Below are positions 1 through 13,639 of a DNA stretch of 64,000 nucleotides, piece by piece. This stretch comes from Macrostomum lignano (lineage: Eukaryota): contig NIVC01003543.1 of NCBI GenBank assembly GCA_002269645.1, positions 28,079 through 92,078 of the forward strand, in the 5' to 3' direction. A model generated the notes under the pieces. It was not told the origin of the DNA and made no database searches. It saw only the letters and a list, made by a program, of their open reading frames with translations. Numbering within the stretch: the stretch's first letter is position 1; every line of letters starts with the position of its first letter. Position numbers and translations under genes: made by a program.

Positions 1-2857
1 TTCAGTGTATTTAAATGCACAAAGTGTATAGCGGCAGTAAGAATGTATACATGTTACTGTATAAAAGAATAATATGAATAATATGAACAACATGATAGCA
101 AACGACGCAGTTGTCCATAAAAATTTGATTGAAATACGAAGTAAATGCTTGAATTATTTGACTTCCGGTTAGACGCGCACAAATTATAAATCCCATTCAC
201 AGCTCACTACGTAGATTCAATTAAAGCTTATCCGGATAATTGTATTTCTTGGAAACATTGCAATAAGCAAAATAAAAAATACAAAGACTACATCTAATTC
301 TAAATCTGAAAATAACTTGTAAATTCTAGCTATTAAAATAAACTGGAAATTATTTCAGCTATTTATAAAACTTATTTTGCTGCTTATTTTAAAAAGTCGT
401 TTCGTCTGCCGGCAGACGAAAAGGCGGCAGACGAAATGACCGCGCACCTATAGGCATAGCCAATATAGTTATCAATAAAAGAAATTTGATTTTACTGATT
501 ATTATAGTAGGCTTTAGCCCTTGCCTATACCTATACCTAGGCTCTAGGGATTTTATATTTTGTAGGCCCCTATTAAAAAATCTAGGATTTATTTTATGTA
601 GGTAGGCCTAACCTATGCTTAGGTAAGCAGTAGGCCTAAGACTTATTTTGAAATTCAAAAGCTCAGCCATAAATACAAGGTTTATTGGATTATAAAGGTA
701 AAGTTAGACCTAAAACTAAAAGCCTAAAGCTAGGGCATAGTTGTTTCCATAGCTTAAAGTATTATAAGCCTAGTCTATCCAGCTAGGCCTAGCTTTTCTA
801 ATTTCTAGCCTAAAGACTAGGCCTAACTTTCAATTTTAAGTATTTTGTATATAATGAATCAGTGTTAGGGATTACAATTAAATTCCTAAACCTTTTTCCA
901 AGTTGATTAGGCCCTAGTCTAATTTTTACCAATCATTTTGTTTAAAAAGCAAGATACTTCCCCCAAAAAGTAGGACAATTCATCCAATTCCCACTTGTTG
1001 TTGCTTCTTTATTTGTCTTGGATGCCTAAAGCACTGTGACTTATTGAGTTTAGAGCTTGTTAAATTATGGTCACTGGTTAGATTGTCATATTCATTTCGT
1101 TATCCTTCATAGGCCTATCAGATGACAAAGTGACCAAAAGCAAACTAGCTTGAAATAGGGACTTCAGTGAGTTATAAGAAGTGCGTGCCAATGGCAAAAA
1201 AGTAAGAAAAAAGTCCAATTTTTCAAGGGCGATTTTAAAGAAACTATAGAAGCCAGGATGAAAGTAAAATATGCATTTAAAAGGTAAAAAGGAGCTCTTT
1301 CAAATGACACCAACTGCAAGTCTAGCTTTGTTATACTTTTTGCACTGTATATTTTTAAAGTTGACCATTTTTTAGGAGGAATATAAAATTGAAGCCAAAA
1401 TGAATAAAAAAACAGTGGTTCAGAAAATGCTTTTTCTTAGCTGCAATGTGTTTCTTATAATGGAAACAAAGGTTTTATAGTGTAAAGGGATAATTTAGAA
1501 ACATTTTTCTGGTGTTAAAAAAAATTTTTTTTTTCTTTTAATGCCCATATGGCTCTATGCAAAATTTCAAATCCAAAATTTTCCATGAAATCCTTTTCCT
1601 GCATTGTTTCTCTTTATATTTTTCATTACCTATTGACAATACAAGCACAGTAAAAAAAACCGCTTGCCAATAGCTATAGGCGCAAAAATTTTGTGGAGGT
1701 TTCTTTTTTTGATACGTTTACATGTAAAATACCCATTGAAACGTGTATTTCGTGTTTTTTGTGAGACTCTGCCTTCCGGCAAACTAGTTCTCTGTGTCAT
1801 TTAACTAATTCTGCTATGCTGAACACGATAGGCAAAACCGTTTTTTAATAAACCCATGCGCAAAGCCTGTACAGCACATTACATTGCAGTTGGGGTGTCT
1901 GTCATGCATTAAAAATTTAGGGCAAGAAGTAGAATAGTATTATAGTAGGTAAAAACCTGAACAAAATGACACTAGCCTTGTATAAATTAAGCAAGCAGAA
2001 CAGATGCTATTGTATTTTTAAAATTGCAATCATTGCGTATCTGGTTAAAATAGTCAAAATTTCATACACCCATCCTGTTTCAATTAGCTTAGCAACTTGG
2101 GCATATAAAATAATATTAAAATATATAATTCATACAATTAACACTAAAAAACTGAACAAAATGACACCAAGCACAGTCATTTTGGTTGGCTAGAAAATTA
2201 ATTACAAGTGTTCAAAGACAAAAAGCCAACTTTTTGGCCAAAAATGATCACAAACCGTAATGTAAAAATTCCATTGGCTAAAGGCACAAATCGGGGTTAC
2301 TAAAATAGCTGTAGTTTCCTTATTACTCAACCAAATCACTAAAGTTTGGCCATTTTGGAAATGGGAAAGTAAGATCTATCTAGTGAAATAGCAGCCTATA
2401 ACAATTTCTGAAATTTAATTTTCTCACTGAAGTGCTTACTTGAAAAATAATATGACAAAGTGACCAAATATTTAGTTATGTTGGATACTTCATCATCAAC
2501 CAATCTATATGATTTGAGTTAGTGTAAACTTTTTTTGTTTAATAACTATAAGCTGTGGCAAGCAGAATTAATCAATCGACAGGTTTTATCAATCAAGATG
2601 ACAAAATGACTGGGATCATTAGGATTCCAAGTAAATATATTTGATTGCCACAATAATTCACTTGAAGTTGGAACTAATATGATTGGTGGATGACGAAATG
2701 ACTCTCTTCAGGTAGTGCATGTTAATTAAGATGACGAAGTCACCCAGATGACAAAATGGCAGATGACGAAATGACTAGAAACCTAAATTACCTATAATAC
2801 CTAATTTAATTCTTTGAAACTTGTGATGCTTAGTTATTGTTAGGCCCTATTATTGAT

Positions 2858-3040
2858 CAGGGGCGGATCCAGAGGGGGGGCCAAGGGGCCATGGCCCCCC
2901 TCAGCGGCGGCCAAAAAATGTTGGCCATATTTTTTTGGCCTGCAACCATGCCAGGTCTATTTTCCAATTTTGGGTTGTAGTGCTTGGTAAAGCTTGCCTT
3001 GCCCCCCCCCCCCCTAAAATTTTTTCTGGATCCGCGCCTG
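2858..3040. mobile_element. hAT-type MITE (183 bp)
   Basis: 16-bp TIRs CAGGGGCGGATCCAGA / TCTGGATCCGCGCCTG (1 mismatch); identical 8-bp flanks TTATTGAT at 2850-2857 and 3041-3048. An 8-bp TSD is characteristic of hAT. Confidence 0.9.
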
Positions 3041-3728
3041 TTATTGATTGGTTAGGGCCTACACATTTGCTTTGGTGGATGGTGGTTTAGGCCCCTTTAG
3101 GGTTGGTCTAGCTAGGAGCTACTAGCTAGGACTAAATTGTGCAACAAATGTTTTACAACTTGTATAGACCCAGTCGCATTAATTTAGTCTAAATTCAGAT
3201 CTAAATGCATAGGAAAAACCTGGTATGCGTTAACACTACTTTGCTTTAAAACGTTTACATATACATCATATGGTTGGTTCAGCAATCTTGCACGCTGATT
3301 CTTGATCTATCCTGAAAATATGTAGTAGTAGTAGTAGTAAGTTGGCTCAGGCAAGAAGCCTGTTTGGCCAATATATTTCTGTGTATTTTAAGATTACTTC
3401 AGGTCCAGGAACAGAAGGTAATATTTTAGGATAAGTTATTTACTACGATTACAAGTACGAGTTTTGCAATATGGTATTTGAAAGGACGCGTAAATTTTGT
3501 TGACGAAACTATGGACGACTAGCGAGGTGAAAGAAAGAGCAAGGAGTTAAAAAAGTATTGCGTGAAATTAAGTTCTATAATAAGTAGTAGTAGTAGTAAA
3601 GTAGTAGTAGTAGTAAATAAAAAAATTTAGTAATAAAATGCGATTCAGAAAAGGTAGTTAAATATTATTTTGTCAATATAACAAATATCTAGTATAATTA
3701 AGGATTGTTCTCAATAATAGGCGATTTT

Positions 3729-5469
3729 GGTAAGGGGTAAAACACTACCCGAAAAATGGGGTAAAAGGCTACCCGATGATTTTAGGCGTCTACCCGCTTC
3801 AAATCGTCCAGAAAATGCGCCTAACCTATGCAGCTTCTAGTGTGGAATTTTTTAGGTGAAAAACTGAAAGATTATGATGAAATTCACGTTTATTTTTGTT
3901 GGTAGTGTTTTACTCCAAAAAGCTACCCAAAACTACCCGACCCCTACCCCCGTCATTGAGAATCGAAAATCAATAGCTAAGCTTACTTTTACATCTTCTC
4001 CCATAATGTATAATATCAAGTGGTTTTAACCTGTATGAGCAAAGTTAGGGTAATGGGTAATTTGTTTTACTGTATTTTACTTTCGCATTTTTTAACAGGC
4101 ATTTTCGTTTACATTTCACTTAGTTATTGTGTAGCCCGTTAAGCTAGCGTAAGGTGCAAACTAATATTAAAGCATCGTTTTTTAGTTGATGCATAGTATA
4201 GAAAATAAATTACCTCTAATAGAGGCTCGATATATTTTTGCCTCAATTCAAAGTGAATTTCACTGTCAAAGTTTTTTATGGTTAACATTAAATTTATTCA
4301 TTAAAAATTAAGCAGATTGTGTAAAGTATAAGTATGAAATGCCAAATACCATATGTCAACTGTCCTTTATAAGTTTATATATTTACGCTTTGTATACCAG
4401 AAGCGTAATACTATGTTTACTCAATTATTTTTGGCCATGCCTTGTCTGTCACTACCATTGGGCATTGCTATGGATGGCTTTTGATAGGTTTTTGAATACT
4501 CACTTTAGATTCTTCTTATATTGTGGCAGGCTGTGAAGCACTTCTATATTTAGGAATGGATCATGATCTAATTAGAGTTACTGTTTTACTTTATCCTACT
4601 CTACTTTAAGGAAGTTTCAAGAATAGCAAAACCATGATATTGATTATATTTATAGAATTTGACAATAGGATAGGAAGAATAAATTAAGAAAGGACCATAA
4701 TCTAATGGGGGTTATTAAAATTTGCTTTCTCACTTTGTCTATTGGCCTCATAAATTTAATAGCAAATTGGAAATGCTTTTAAGTTGATAACTAGACTTAG
4801 TTTGTTGTCTATTTTTGCCCTAGGGCTCTCTATTATTCTTTCTCTTGGTTCTAACTTATATACACTTTATATATACTTTATAAAGTATATAATACACTTT
4901 ACTACTAATATTCCTCTTGTCTAAACTTCCTCTCTTTGGTAGTGGTTGTGCCCAAGCAACTTGACACTCCTTCTTATAGTCTAGGCATTGTGATCTAGAG
5001 GGTCATAGCAATTACTCAATCTAAATGATTGGAATACTTCTTGAATTTAGACTTCAATGATTTGCTCACTTTCAGGCTAATTTAATATTGCAAAATATTT
5101 GAGTGTTTTAACAAAGTTTACTATATGATTTGAATATTAAAGCAAATTGCTTTGATACAAATTCAATTTTCAAATATTCAATAGTGAATATTTTAAGGAT
5201 GGCCTATTATATTTTCTAATTATAATATCTTTCAGACAAAATTGGGAATGAATAATAGAAAAATGCAATATGTACTTTTTTGTCATAGCCTTCTAATTAG
5301 ACTGATATAAAAGTTTTATACAATTATAGCATTTTGTGCCTTACTTTGCTTTTTTATCTGTTATGATTACAATTAAATTCCAAACTTATTTAATAACTAA
5401 CTTAGAGTATTGCAAACTGAAGATTCTATTATTAGTATATATTTTCATTTTTTGAAAATTAGATTGTTA
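3729..5469 (+). repeat. Left TIR, outer part (1,741 bp)
   Basis: Reverse complement of ~35770-37516. The same 65-aa ORF appears at 4339+ and 36709-. Only scattered differences, e.g. a 6-bp TAGGCC indel near 4860/36380. Confidence 0.95.
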
Positions 5470-5759
5470 CTAGCAGTCTTCGCCCCCCGTTGGGGGACAT
5501 CTGGATAGAATCTCTGTTTTCTACAAGTAACAAAAAGACAGCCAAAAAAGCCTTCACAAAGACAGCAAGCATCCCCCAGATAGCAAGCATCCCCCGAATA
5601 GCAAGCATCCCCCAGATAGCAAGCATCCCCCAGATAGGAAGCATCGCCAAATAGTAAGCATCCACCAGACAATAAGTAGCTAGTGCAACAGTTTCCTTAG
5701 CTCTATAGTGGCTCCTTTAAAATTGGCATGACACTTTTATGTTAGAAATTGTGTATCTT

Positions 5760-7180
5760 TTATGTTTGACATGGTGACTCTTTAATGTTTGACATGGTGG
5801 CTCTTTTATGTTCTACATGGTGGCTCTTTTATGTTTGATTCGGGGTTTTTTTAATGTCTGACATGGTGTCTCTTTAATGTTTGACATAGTGGCTCTTTTA
5901 TGTTTGACATGGTGGCTCTTTAGTGTTTTACATGGTGGCTCTTTAATGTTCAACATGGTGGCTCTTTTATGTTTGACATGATGGCTCTTTAATGTTCTAC
6001 ATGGTGGCTTTTTATTTTCGACATGGTGGCTCTTTAATGTTTGGCATGATGGCTCTTTGATGTTTGACATGGAGTCACGAATATACTTGACATGGTGACT
6101 CGTTAATGTTAGACATGGTGGCACCTTAATGTCTGTAATGATGGTCTTTAATGTTTGAAATGGTGGCTCTTTAATGTTTGACATGGAGTCACATATATGT
6201 TGGACATTGTGGCTCTTTAATGTTTGACATGGTGGCTCTTTTATGTTCGACATGGTGGTTCTTTTATGTTCGACATGGTGGCTCTTTTATGCTTGACATG
6301 GTGGCTCTTTACTGTTTGACATGGAGTCACATATATGTTTGACATGGTGGCTCTTTAATGTTTGACATGGTGGCTCTTTTATGTTTGACGTGGTGGCTCT
6401 TTAATGTTCTTCATGGCGGCTCTTTTATGTTTGACATGGAGTCACGAATATACTTGACATGGTGACTCGTTAATGTTAGACATGGTGGCTCTTTAATGTC
6501 TGACCTGGTGGCAACTTAATGTAATGATGGCTCTTTAATGTTTGACATGATGGCTCTTTAATGTTTGACGTGGTGGCTCTTTAATGTCCTTCATGGTGGC
6601 TTTTTTATGTTTGACATGGAGTCACGAATATACTTGACATGGTGACTCGTTAATGTTAGATACGGTGGCTCTTTAATGTTTGAAATGGTGGCTCCATAAT
6701 GTTAGACATGGTGGCTCTTTAATGTTCGACATGGTGGCTCTTTAATGTTAGACATGGTGGCTCTTTAATTTTTCACAAGGTGGCTCTTTAATGTTTGACA
6801 TGTTGGTCCTTTTATGTTTGACATGGTGCCTCTTTAATGTATGACATAGTGGCTCTTTTATGTTTGACATTGTGGCTCTTTAATGTTTGACGTGGACGCG
6901 TGGTGGCTTTTTAATGTTCGACATGGTGGCTCTTTAATGTTCGACATGGTGGCTCTTTTATGTTTGACATGGAGTCACAAATATACTTGACATGGTGACT
7001 CGTTAATGTTTGACCTGGTGGCACCTTAATGTAATGATGGCTCTTTGATGTTTGAAATGGTGGCTCCTTAATATTTGACATGGTGGCTCTATAATGTTTG
7101 ACATTGTGGCTCTTTAATGTTAGACATGATGGCTCTTTAATGTTCGACATGGTGGCTCTTTTTATGTTTGACATTGTGCT
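5760..7180. repeat. 23-bp minisatellite (TGTTTGACATGGTGGCTCTTTAA), Helitron unit 1
   Basis: Direct tandem copies with variant monomers of the same length (e.g. ...ACATGGAGTCACATATA). Confidence 0.95.
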
Positions 7181-7244
7181 TTTTTGTGTTTAGCATTTTG
7201 TGTTTTTAAGGTTTTTGAATAAAAAAATCTTTTTGCGCTACTAC

Positions 7245-7297
7245 GATTCGAACCCAGGTCGCTGCATTAGCAGTCCAGTCTGTTCGCATCTATGCTA
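7245..7297 (-). promoter_or_regulatory. tRNA-derived A-box/B-box head in Helitron unit 1 (homologues at 10202-10254, 13284-13337, 18471-18523, 22132-22183, 26148-26200)
   Basis: Minus strand TAGCATAGATG...GGACTGCTAAT...GGTTCGAATC; A-to-B spacing ~43 nt as in tRNAs; no acceptor stem. Confidence 0.7.
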
Positions 7298-7776
7298 TCT
7301 CTTGTCAATTGGAGAACATGAATTGTGGCCCTTATAATTCAATTCTTATAGCAAATCGGTTAGAGTAAAAAGTTATGACATAATCAATTTCTTAGTCAGC
7401 CAGTATCAGTGTCAATTTAAGTTAGCAATATTGTTACGCAATTTAAATTAAGTTTTGTGTGCATTTGTTCGGCACTGTTTTCAACTGGTTGTGACGTAAT
7501 CCTTATCACAATTGGAATTCGGTCATTCAGTTTTTTCTCTAGCATTTTTATAATGCATTTTAGGTCGAAAGAGCTGCTTGACCTTTGCAAAAAAGCATGT
7601 TTTTCGAATATTTAATCCCTTTAACATTGAGGAATTTCTTAGCCAAGATGCATGTACCGTCCCAGGAAAATTTCTGATCGAATGGTGCAAGTTTGAAGAA
7701 AATCGGTTGAGCCATTTTTTCTGAAATCTATCGCATACCTACCCACATACAGACAACTCATTTTTAGTATATTGGA

Positions 7777-10738
7777 CTAGCAATCTTCGCCCCCCGTTGG
7801 GGGACATCTGTATAGAATCTCTGCTCTCTACAAGTAACAAAAAGACAGCCAAATAAAGCCTTCACAAAGACAACAGACAAACTGCTCAAATAAAGTGTAA
7901 TGCAAAAAGAAATCATCCCAAGACAGCAAGCATCCCCCAGATAGCAAGCATCCCCAAATAGCAAGCATCCCCCAGATAGCAAGCATCCCCAGATAGCAAG
8001 CATCCCAAATAGTAAGCATCCACCAGACAATAAGTAGCTAGTGCCACAATTTCCTTAGCTCTATAGTGGCTCCTTTAAAATTGGCATGACGCTTACTTTT
8101 ACGTTTGAAATTGTGTATCTTTTATGTTTGACATGGTGGCTCTTTTATGTTTGACATGGTGGCTCTTTTATGTTTGACATAGTGGCTCTTTAGTGTTTGA
8201 CATGATGGCTCTTTAATGTTCGAAATGGTGGCTCTTTTATGTTTGACATGGTGGCTCTTTTAGGTTTGACATGGTAGCTCTTAAATGTTTGACATGGTAG
8301 CTCTTAAATGTTTGACATGGTGGCTCTTTATTGTTTGACACGGCGGCTCTCTAATGTTTGACAAAGTGGCTATTTAATGTTCGAAATGGTGGCTCTTTAA
8401 AGTTTGACATAAAGTCACATATATGTTTGAGATGGTGGCTCTTAAATGTTTGACATGGTGGCTCTTAAATGTTTGACATGGTGGCTCTTTTATGTTCGCC
8501 ATGGTGGCTCTTTAATATTCTACATGGTGGCTCTTTTATGTTCGACATGGTGGCTTTTTAATGTTTGACATGGTGGCTCTTTTAAGTTTGACATGGTGGC
8601 TCTTTACTGTTTGAAATGGTGGCTCTTTAATGTTCTACATGGTAACTCTTTTATGTTTAATACGGTGGCTCTTTACTGTTTGAAATGGTGGCTCTTTTAT
8701 GTTTGACATGGTGGCTCTTTAATGTTCTTCATGGTGGCTCTTTAATATTCTACATGGTGGCTCTTTTATGTTCGACATGGTGGCTTTTTAATGTTTGACA
8801 TGGTGGCTCTTTTATGTTTGACATGGTGGCTCTTTACTGTTTGAAATGGTGGCTCTTTAATGTTCTACATGGTAACTCTTTTATGTTTGATACGGTGGCT
8901 TTTTAATGTCTGACATGGTGGCTCTTTTATGTTTGACATGGTGGCTCTTTAATGTTCTTCATGGTGGCTCTTTAATATTCTACATGGTGGCTCTTTTATG
9001 TTCGACATGGTGGCTGTTTTTTGTTCTACATGGTAACTCTTTTATGTTTGATACGGTGGCTTTTTAATGTCTGACATGGTGGCTCTTTTATGTTTGACAT
9101 GGTGGCTCTTCTATGTTTAACATGGTGGCTCTTTTATGTTTGACACGGTGGCTCTTTAATGTTCGACAAAGTGGCTATTTGATGTTTGATATGGTGACTC
9201 CTAAATGTTTTACATGGTGGCTCTTCTATGTTTGACATGGTGGCTCTTTATTGTTTGACATGGTGGCTCTTTAATGTTTAACCTGGTGGCTCTTTTATGT
9301 TTGACACGGCGGCTCTCTAATGTTTGACAAAGTGGCTATTTAATGTTCGAAATGGTGGCTCTTTAAAGTTTGACATAAAGTCACATATATGTTTGACATG
9401 GTGGCTCTTAAATGTTTGACATGGTGGCTCTTAAATGTTTGACATGGTGGCTCTTAAATGTTAGACGTGGTGGCTTGTTTAGGTTTGACACGGTGGCTCT
9501 TTAATGTTCGACAAAGTGGCTATTTGATGTTTGATATGGTGACTCCTAAATGTTTTACATGGTGGCTCTTCTATGTTTGACATGGTGGCTCTTTATTGTT
9601 TGACATGGTGGCTCTTTAATGTTTAACCTGGTGGCTCTTTTATGTTTGACACGGCGGCTCTCTAATGTTTGACAAAGTGGCTATTTAATGTTCGAAATGG
9701 TGGCTCTTTAAAGTTTGACATAAAGTCACATATATGTTTGACATGGTGGCTCTTAAATGTTTGACATGGTGGCTCTTAAATGTTTGACATGGTGGCTCTT
9801 AAATGTTAGACGTGGTGGCTTGTTTAGGTTTGACATGGTGGCTCTTTAATGTTTGACATAATGGCTCTTAAATGTTTGACATGGTGGCTCTTAAATGTTA
9901 GACGTGGTGGCTTGTTTAGGTTTGACATAGTGGCTCTTCTATGTTTGAAATGGTGGCTTTTTAATCGTTGACATGGAGTCACGTATATGTTTGACATAGT
10001 GCTTATTTTATGTTTGACATGGTAACTCTTTTATATTCGAAATGTTGGCTCTTTAATGTTCGACATGGTGGCTCTTCTATGTTTGACATTGCGCTTCTAC
10101 CAGGTATTATGTTTAGCTGTTTTGTTGTGTTTTTAAGGTGTTTTGATAAAAAATGTTTTTGCACTACTAAGATTTGATAAAAAATCTTTTTGCACTACTA
10201 AGATTCGAACCCAGGTCGCTACATTAGCATTCCAGTCTGTTCGCATCTTGGCTATCTCTTTTCAATTGGAGAACGTGAATTGTGGCCCTTATAATTCAAT
10301 TCTTACAGCAAGTCAATTGAAGTAAAAAGTAATGACATAATCAATTTCTCAGTCAGCCAGTATCAGTCTCAATTTAAGTTAGCAATATTGGTTACGCAAT
10401 TTAAATCAAGTCGTGTGTGCATTTCTTCGGCACTGTTTTCAACTTGTTGTGATGCAATCTTTATCACAATCGGAATTCAGCCAGTCAGTTTTTTCTCTAG
10501 CATTCTTACAATGAATTTTAGGTCGAAAGAGCTGCTTGACCTTTGCAAAAAAGCATGTTTTTCGAATATTTAATCCCTTTAACATTGAGCAATTTCTTAG
10601 CCAAGATGCATGTACCGTCCCAGGAAAATTTCTGATCGAATGGTGCAAGTTTGAAGAAAATCGGTTGAGCCAATTTTTCTGAAATCTATCGCATACCCAC
10701 ATACCCACATACAGACAACTCATTTTTAGTATATAGGA
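7777..10738 (-). mobile_element. Non-autonomous Helitron, unit 2 (family A)
   Basis: 5' TCCTATATACTAAAAAT; 3' hairpin + GATTGCTAG; same modular layout as unit 1. Confidence 0.88.
8120..10090. repeat. 23-bp minisatellite, Helitron unit 2
   Basis: Same monomer; includes a 345-bp (15 x 23) internal duplication (9141 vs 9486). Confidence 0.95.
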
Positions 10739-11322
10739 CTAGCTAAAGTTTTGCCCCCCTTCGGGGAGCAGAAATAATTAATATTCGTCTAATATAATAT
10801 ACCTTTTAGCAGGAGTACTTTAAGTGTTTTTCTTAAGCTTAAGCTTAAAATAGGAATTTTTGGAGATCGTTAATAACGCATTTTAGGTAAAACAAAACTA
10901 TCAACTTTTTACAGTTTTTAGTTTAGAGCCCTGTATATGTCAACGTGTTTGATAAAAATTATTTTTATCATTTTTATGATAAAAAATGGCCTTCGGGGTG
11001 GCCAATAAGCAAGGGACGAATCCTTTTAAATGAAAAAAAATTCTTAGGGAGGGGGGCTAGGAATCGAATTCTCATTTTAATTCCAGGCTTATGTACCAAT
11101 AAAACATGTTTGTGCAGAATTTTATAACAGACATTGAAATTCAACCATACTTGCCTTCTTTCAGAGCTACTTCTACCAGTATGCTTCAGTACGCTACCAG
11201 TACCCTTGTAAGCCTTGACATGTCAGCAATCCCCCCCACAAGCCTTAACATATCAACTCCCCCCTTGACATCTCAGCAATGCTCCCACAAGCCTTGAAAT
11301 CTTAAAAAATCTGTCTATTTTC

Positions 11323-11356
11323 TAACCCTAACCCTAACCCTAACCCTAACCCTAAA
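11323..11356 (-). repeat. Short interstitial telomeric-type repeat (TTAGGG)~5
   Basis: CTAACCCTAACCCTAACCC... on the plus strand, inside Helitron unit 3. Confidence 0.85.
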
Positions 11357-12289
11357 GCATTGAAATTTCAGTAATTCTCTCTAAGAGTCTATAGCACTAC
11401 TACAGCATTATAGCGATTCCCTGCAAGCCTCGACATCGTAGGGATTCCCAAATGAATCTCTTAACTTTGACATGAAGCTTCTTTTTTTTACATTACGCTT
11501 TTTCTATCAGCGATCCCTCCCGTGAGGAGCCAACAAATAATGTAATAACTTTTTTCCAATAAACTACATGTAGCTTCTGACATTAGCCTTGACATCTCAT
11601 TTATTCCCCCGTGAGCCTTGACATCTCAGCTATAGATAGATAGATAGATTCCCCTCGTAAGCCTTGACATGTCAGCGATGCCCCCCATAAACCTTGAAAT
11701 CTAAAAAATCCCCTGTTAACCTTGAAACGCGCTAAAATCTAACCCTCAACCCAAACCTGACGTAAACCTAACTTTCACCCAACCTAAAGCCTTGAAATCA
11801 CAGCAATTCTTCTTCCCTAAGCCTTGGCATTTAAGTGATTCCTTCTTTAAGAATCACAGCACTATAACGATTCCCTCCAAGCTTTGACATCGTAGCAATT
11901 CCCAAATGAATCTTTTAACTTTGACATGACTTTTATTTTATGTATACATAGTGCTCCTTTTATTTTTACATGACTCTTCTTCTATCAGCGCCCCCCCCAC
12001 CGTGGCAAGCCAACAAAGAATGCAATAAAAAACTTAAGTAAAGTACATGTACTTTGAAGTAGCTTCTGACTTTTGCTTTAACATCTCAGAAACCCCCCTG
12101 TAATCTCAGTTATTCTCTGTGAGCCTTGACGTCTCAGTAATTCTCCCCAGCACAGCACTGTACTATAGCTTCATTTAATTTTTATATGACATTTCTTTCA
12201 TGTCTGACATGACGCTTCTTTTGATTTTTACGTTACGCTTCTTTTATTCTTCCATGATGCTTCTTAATTTTTTAAATGACACACTTTCA

Positions 12290-13225
12290 TTAGTTTTTAT
12301 ATGAGGCTTCTATAATTTTTTCATGACGCTTCTATGCTTGTTTACATGACGCTTCTATGATGCTTCTATGATTTTTTACATGACGCTTGTATGATTGTTT
12401 ACATGACGCTTCTATGATTTTTACATGACGCTTCTATGATTTTTACATGACGCTTCTATGATTTTTACATGACGCTTCTATGATTTTTACATGACGCTTC
12501 TATGATTTTTACATGACGCTTCTATGATTTTTACATGACGCTTCTATGATTTTTACATGACGCTTCTATGATTGTTTACATGACGCTTCTATGATTGTAT
12601 ACATGACGCTTCTATGATTGTTTACATGACGCTTCTATGATTGTATACATGACGCTTCTATGATTGTTTACATGACGCTTTTATGATTGTTTACATGACG
12701 CTTCTATGATTTTTACATGACGCTTCTATGATTTTTACATGACGCTTCTATGATTGTTTACATGACGCTTCTATGATTGTTTACATGACGCTTCTATGAT
12801 TTTAACATGACGCTTCTATGATTTTTTTACATGACGCTTCTATGATTGTTTACATGACGCTTGTATGATTGTTTACATGACGCTTGTATGATTTTAACAT
12901 GACGCTTCTATGATTGTTTACATTACGCTTCTATGATTGCTTGCATGACGCTTCTATGATTTTTTATGACGCTTTTATGATTTTAACATGACGCTTCTAT
13001 GATTTTTTTACATGACGCTTCTATGATTGTTTACATGACGCTTGTATGATTGTTTACATGACGCTTTTATGATTTTAACATGACGCTTCTATGATTGTTT
13101 ACATTACGCTTCTATGATTTTTACATGACGCTTCTATGATTTTTACATGACGCTTCTATGATTTTTACATGACGCTTCTATGATTGTTTACATGACGCTT
13201 GTATGATTGTTTACATGACGCTTCC
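12290..13225. repeat. 22-24-bp minisatellite (ACATGACGCTTCTATGATTTTT)
   Basis: About 40 tandem copies inside unit 3. Confidence 0.95.
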
Positions 13226-13639
13226 ATAATTTTTTTTGTCTTGGCGTTAAAAGGCTTTAATTAAAAAAACTCTACTCTCTAAAAATTCGAACCATCGTCC
13301 CTGCATTTAGCAGTTTAGTCTGTTTACCTCTAGGCTAGCTCTCATGAATTTTAGTCATTACCCCTAAATAGAAAATATTCCCAAGACAGCAAGCATCCCC
13401 CCAGTAGCAAGCATCCCCTAATACTCCTAGCAAGCATCCACCCAGATAGCAAGCATCTGCAGATAGCAAGCATCTTGCAGATAGCAAGCATCTTGCAGAT
13501 AGCAAGCATCTTGCAGATAGCAAGCATACCCCAAATAATGTAGAAGCATCCTTCCAGATAGCAAGCATCCTGCACATAGCAAGAATCCCTAAATAGCAAG
13601 CATCCCTGGATAGAAATAATCCTATACATGTAGCCAAGC

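Larger units (their letters stand above)
5470..7776 (-). mobile_element. Non-autonomous Helitron, unit 1 (family A)
   Basis: Minus strand begins TCCAATATACTAAAAAT and ends with hairpin CCCCCAACGGGGGG then CGAAGACTGCTAG; the next host base is T. Confidence 0.88.

Noticed and set aside
1161-2433. MITE bounded by ACTTCAGTGAG / CTCACTGAAGT
   Set aside because: Only an 11-bp match, with no convincing TSD.
4339-4536. 65-aa ORF present twice (also 36709-36906)
   Set aside because: The duplication is explained by the TIRs; AT-rich with no motif or coding signal.
4870-4891. 22-bp perfect palindrome TATATACTTTATAAAGTATATA in the TIR
   Set aside because: Low-complexity AT sequence; no evidence of function.
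7245-7297. Functional tRNA-Ser gene (and the five homologues)
   Set aside because: No acceptor or D stem can be formed; kept only as tRNA-derived heads.
11323-11356. True telomere or chromosome end
   Set aside because: Only about five repeats, embedded in a Helitron with ordinary sequence on both sides.
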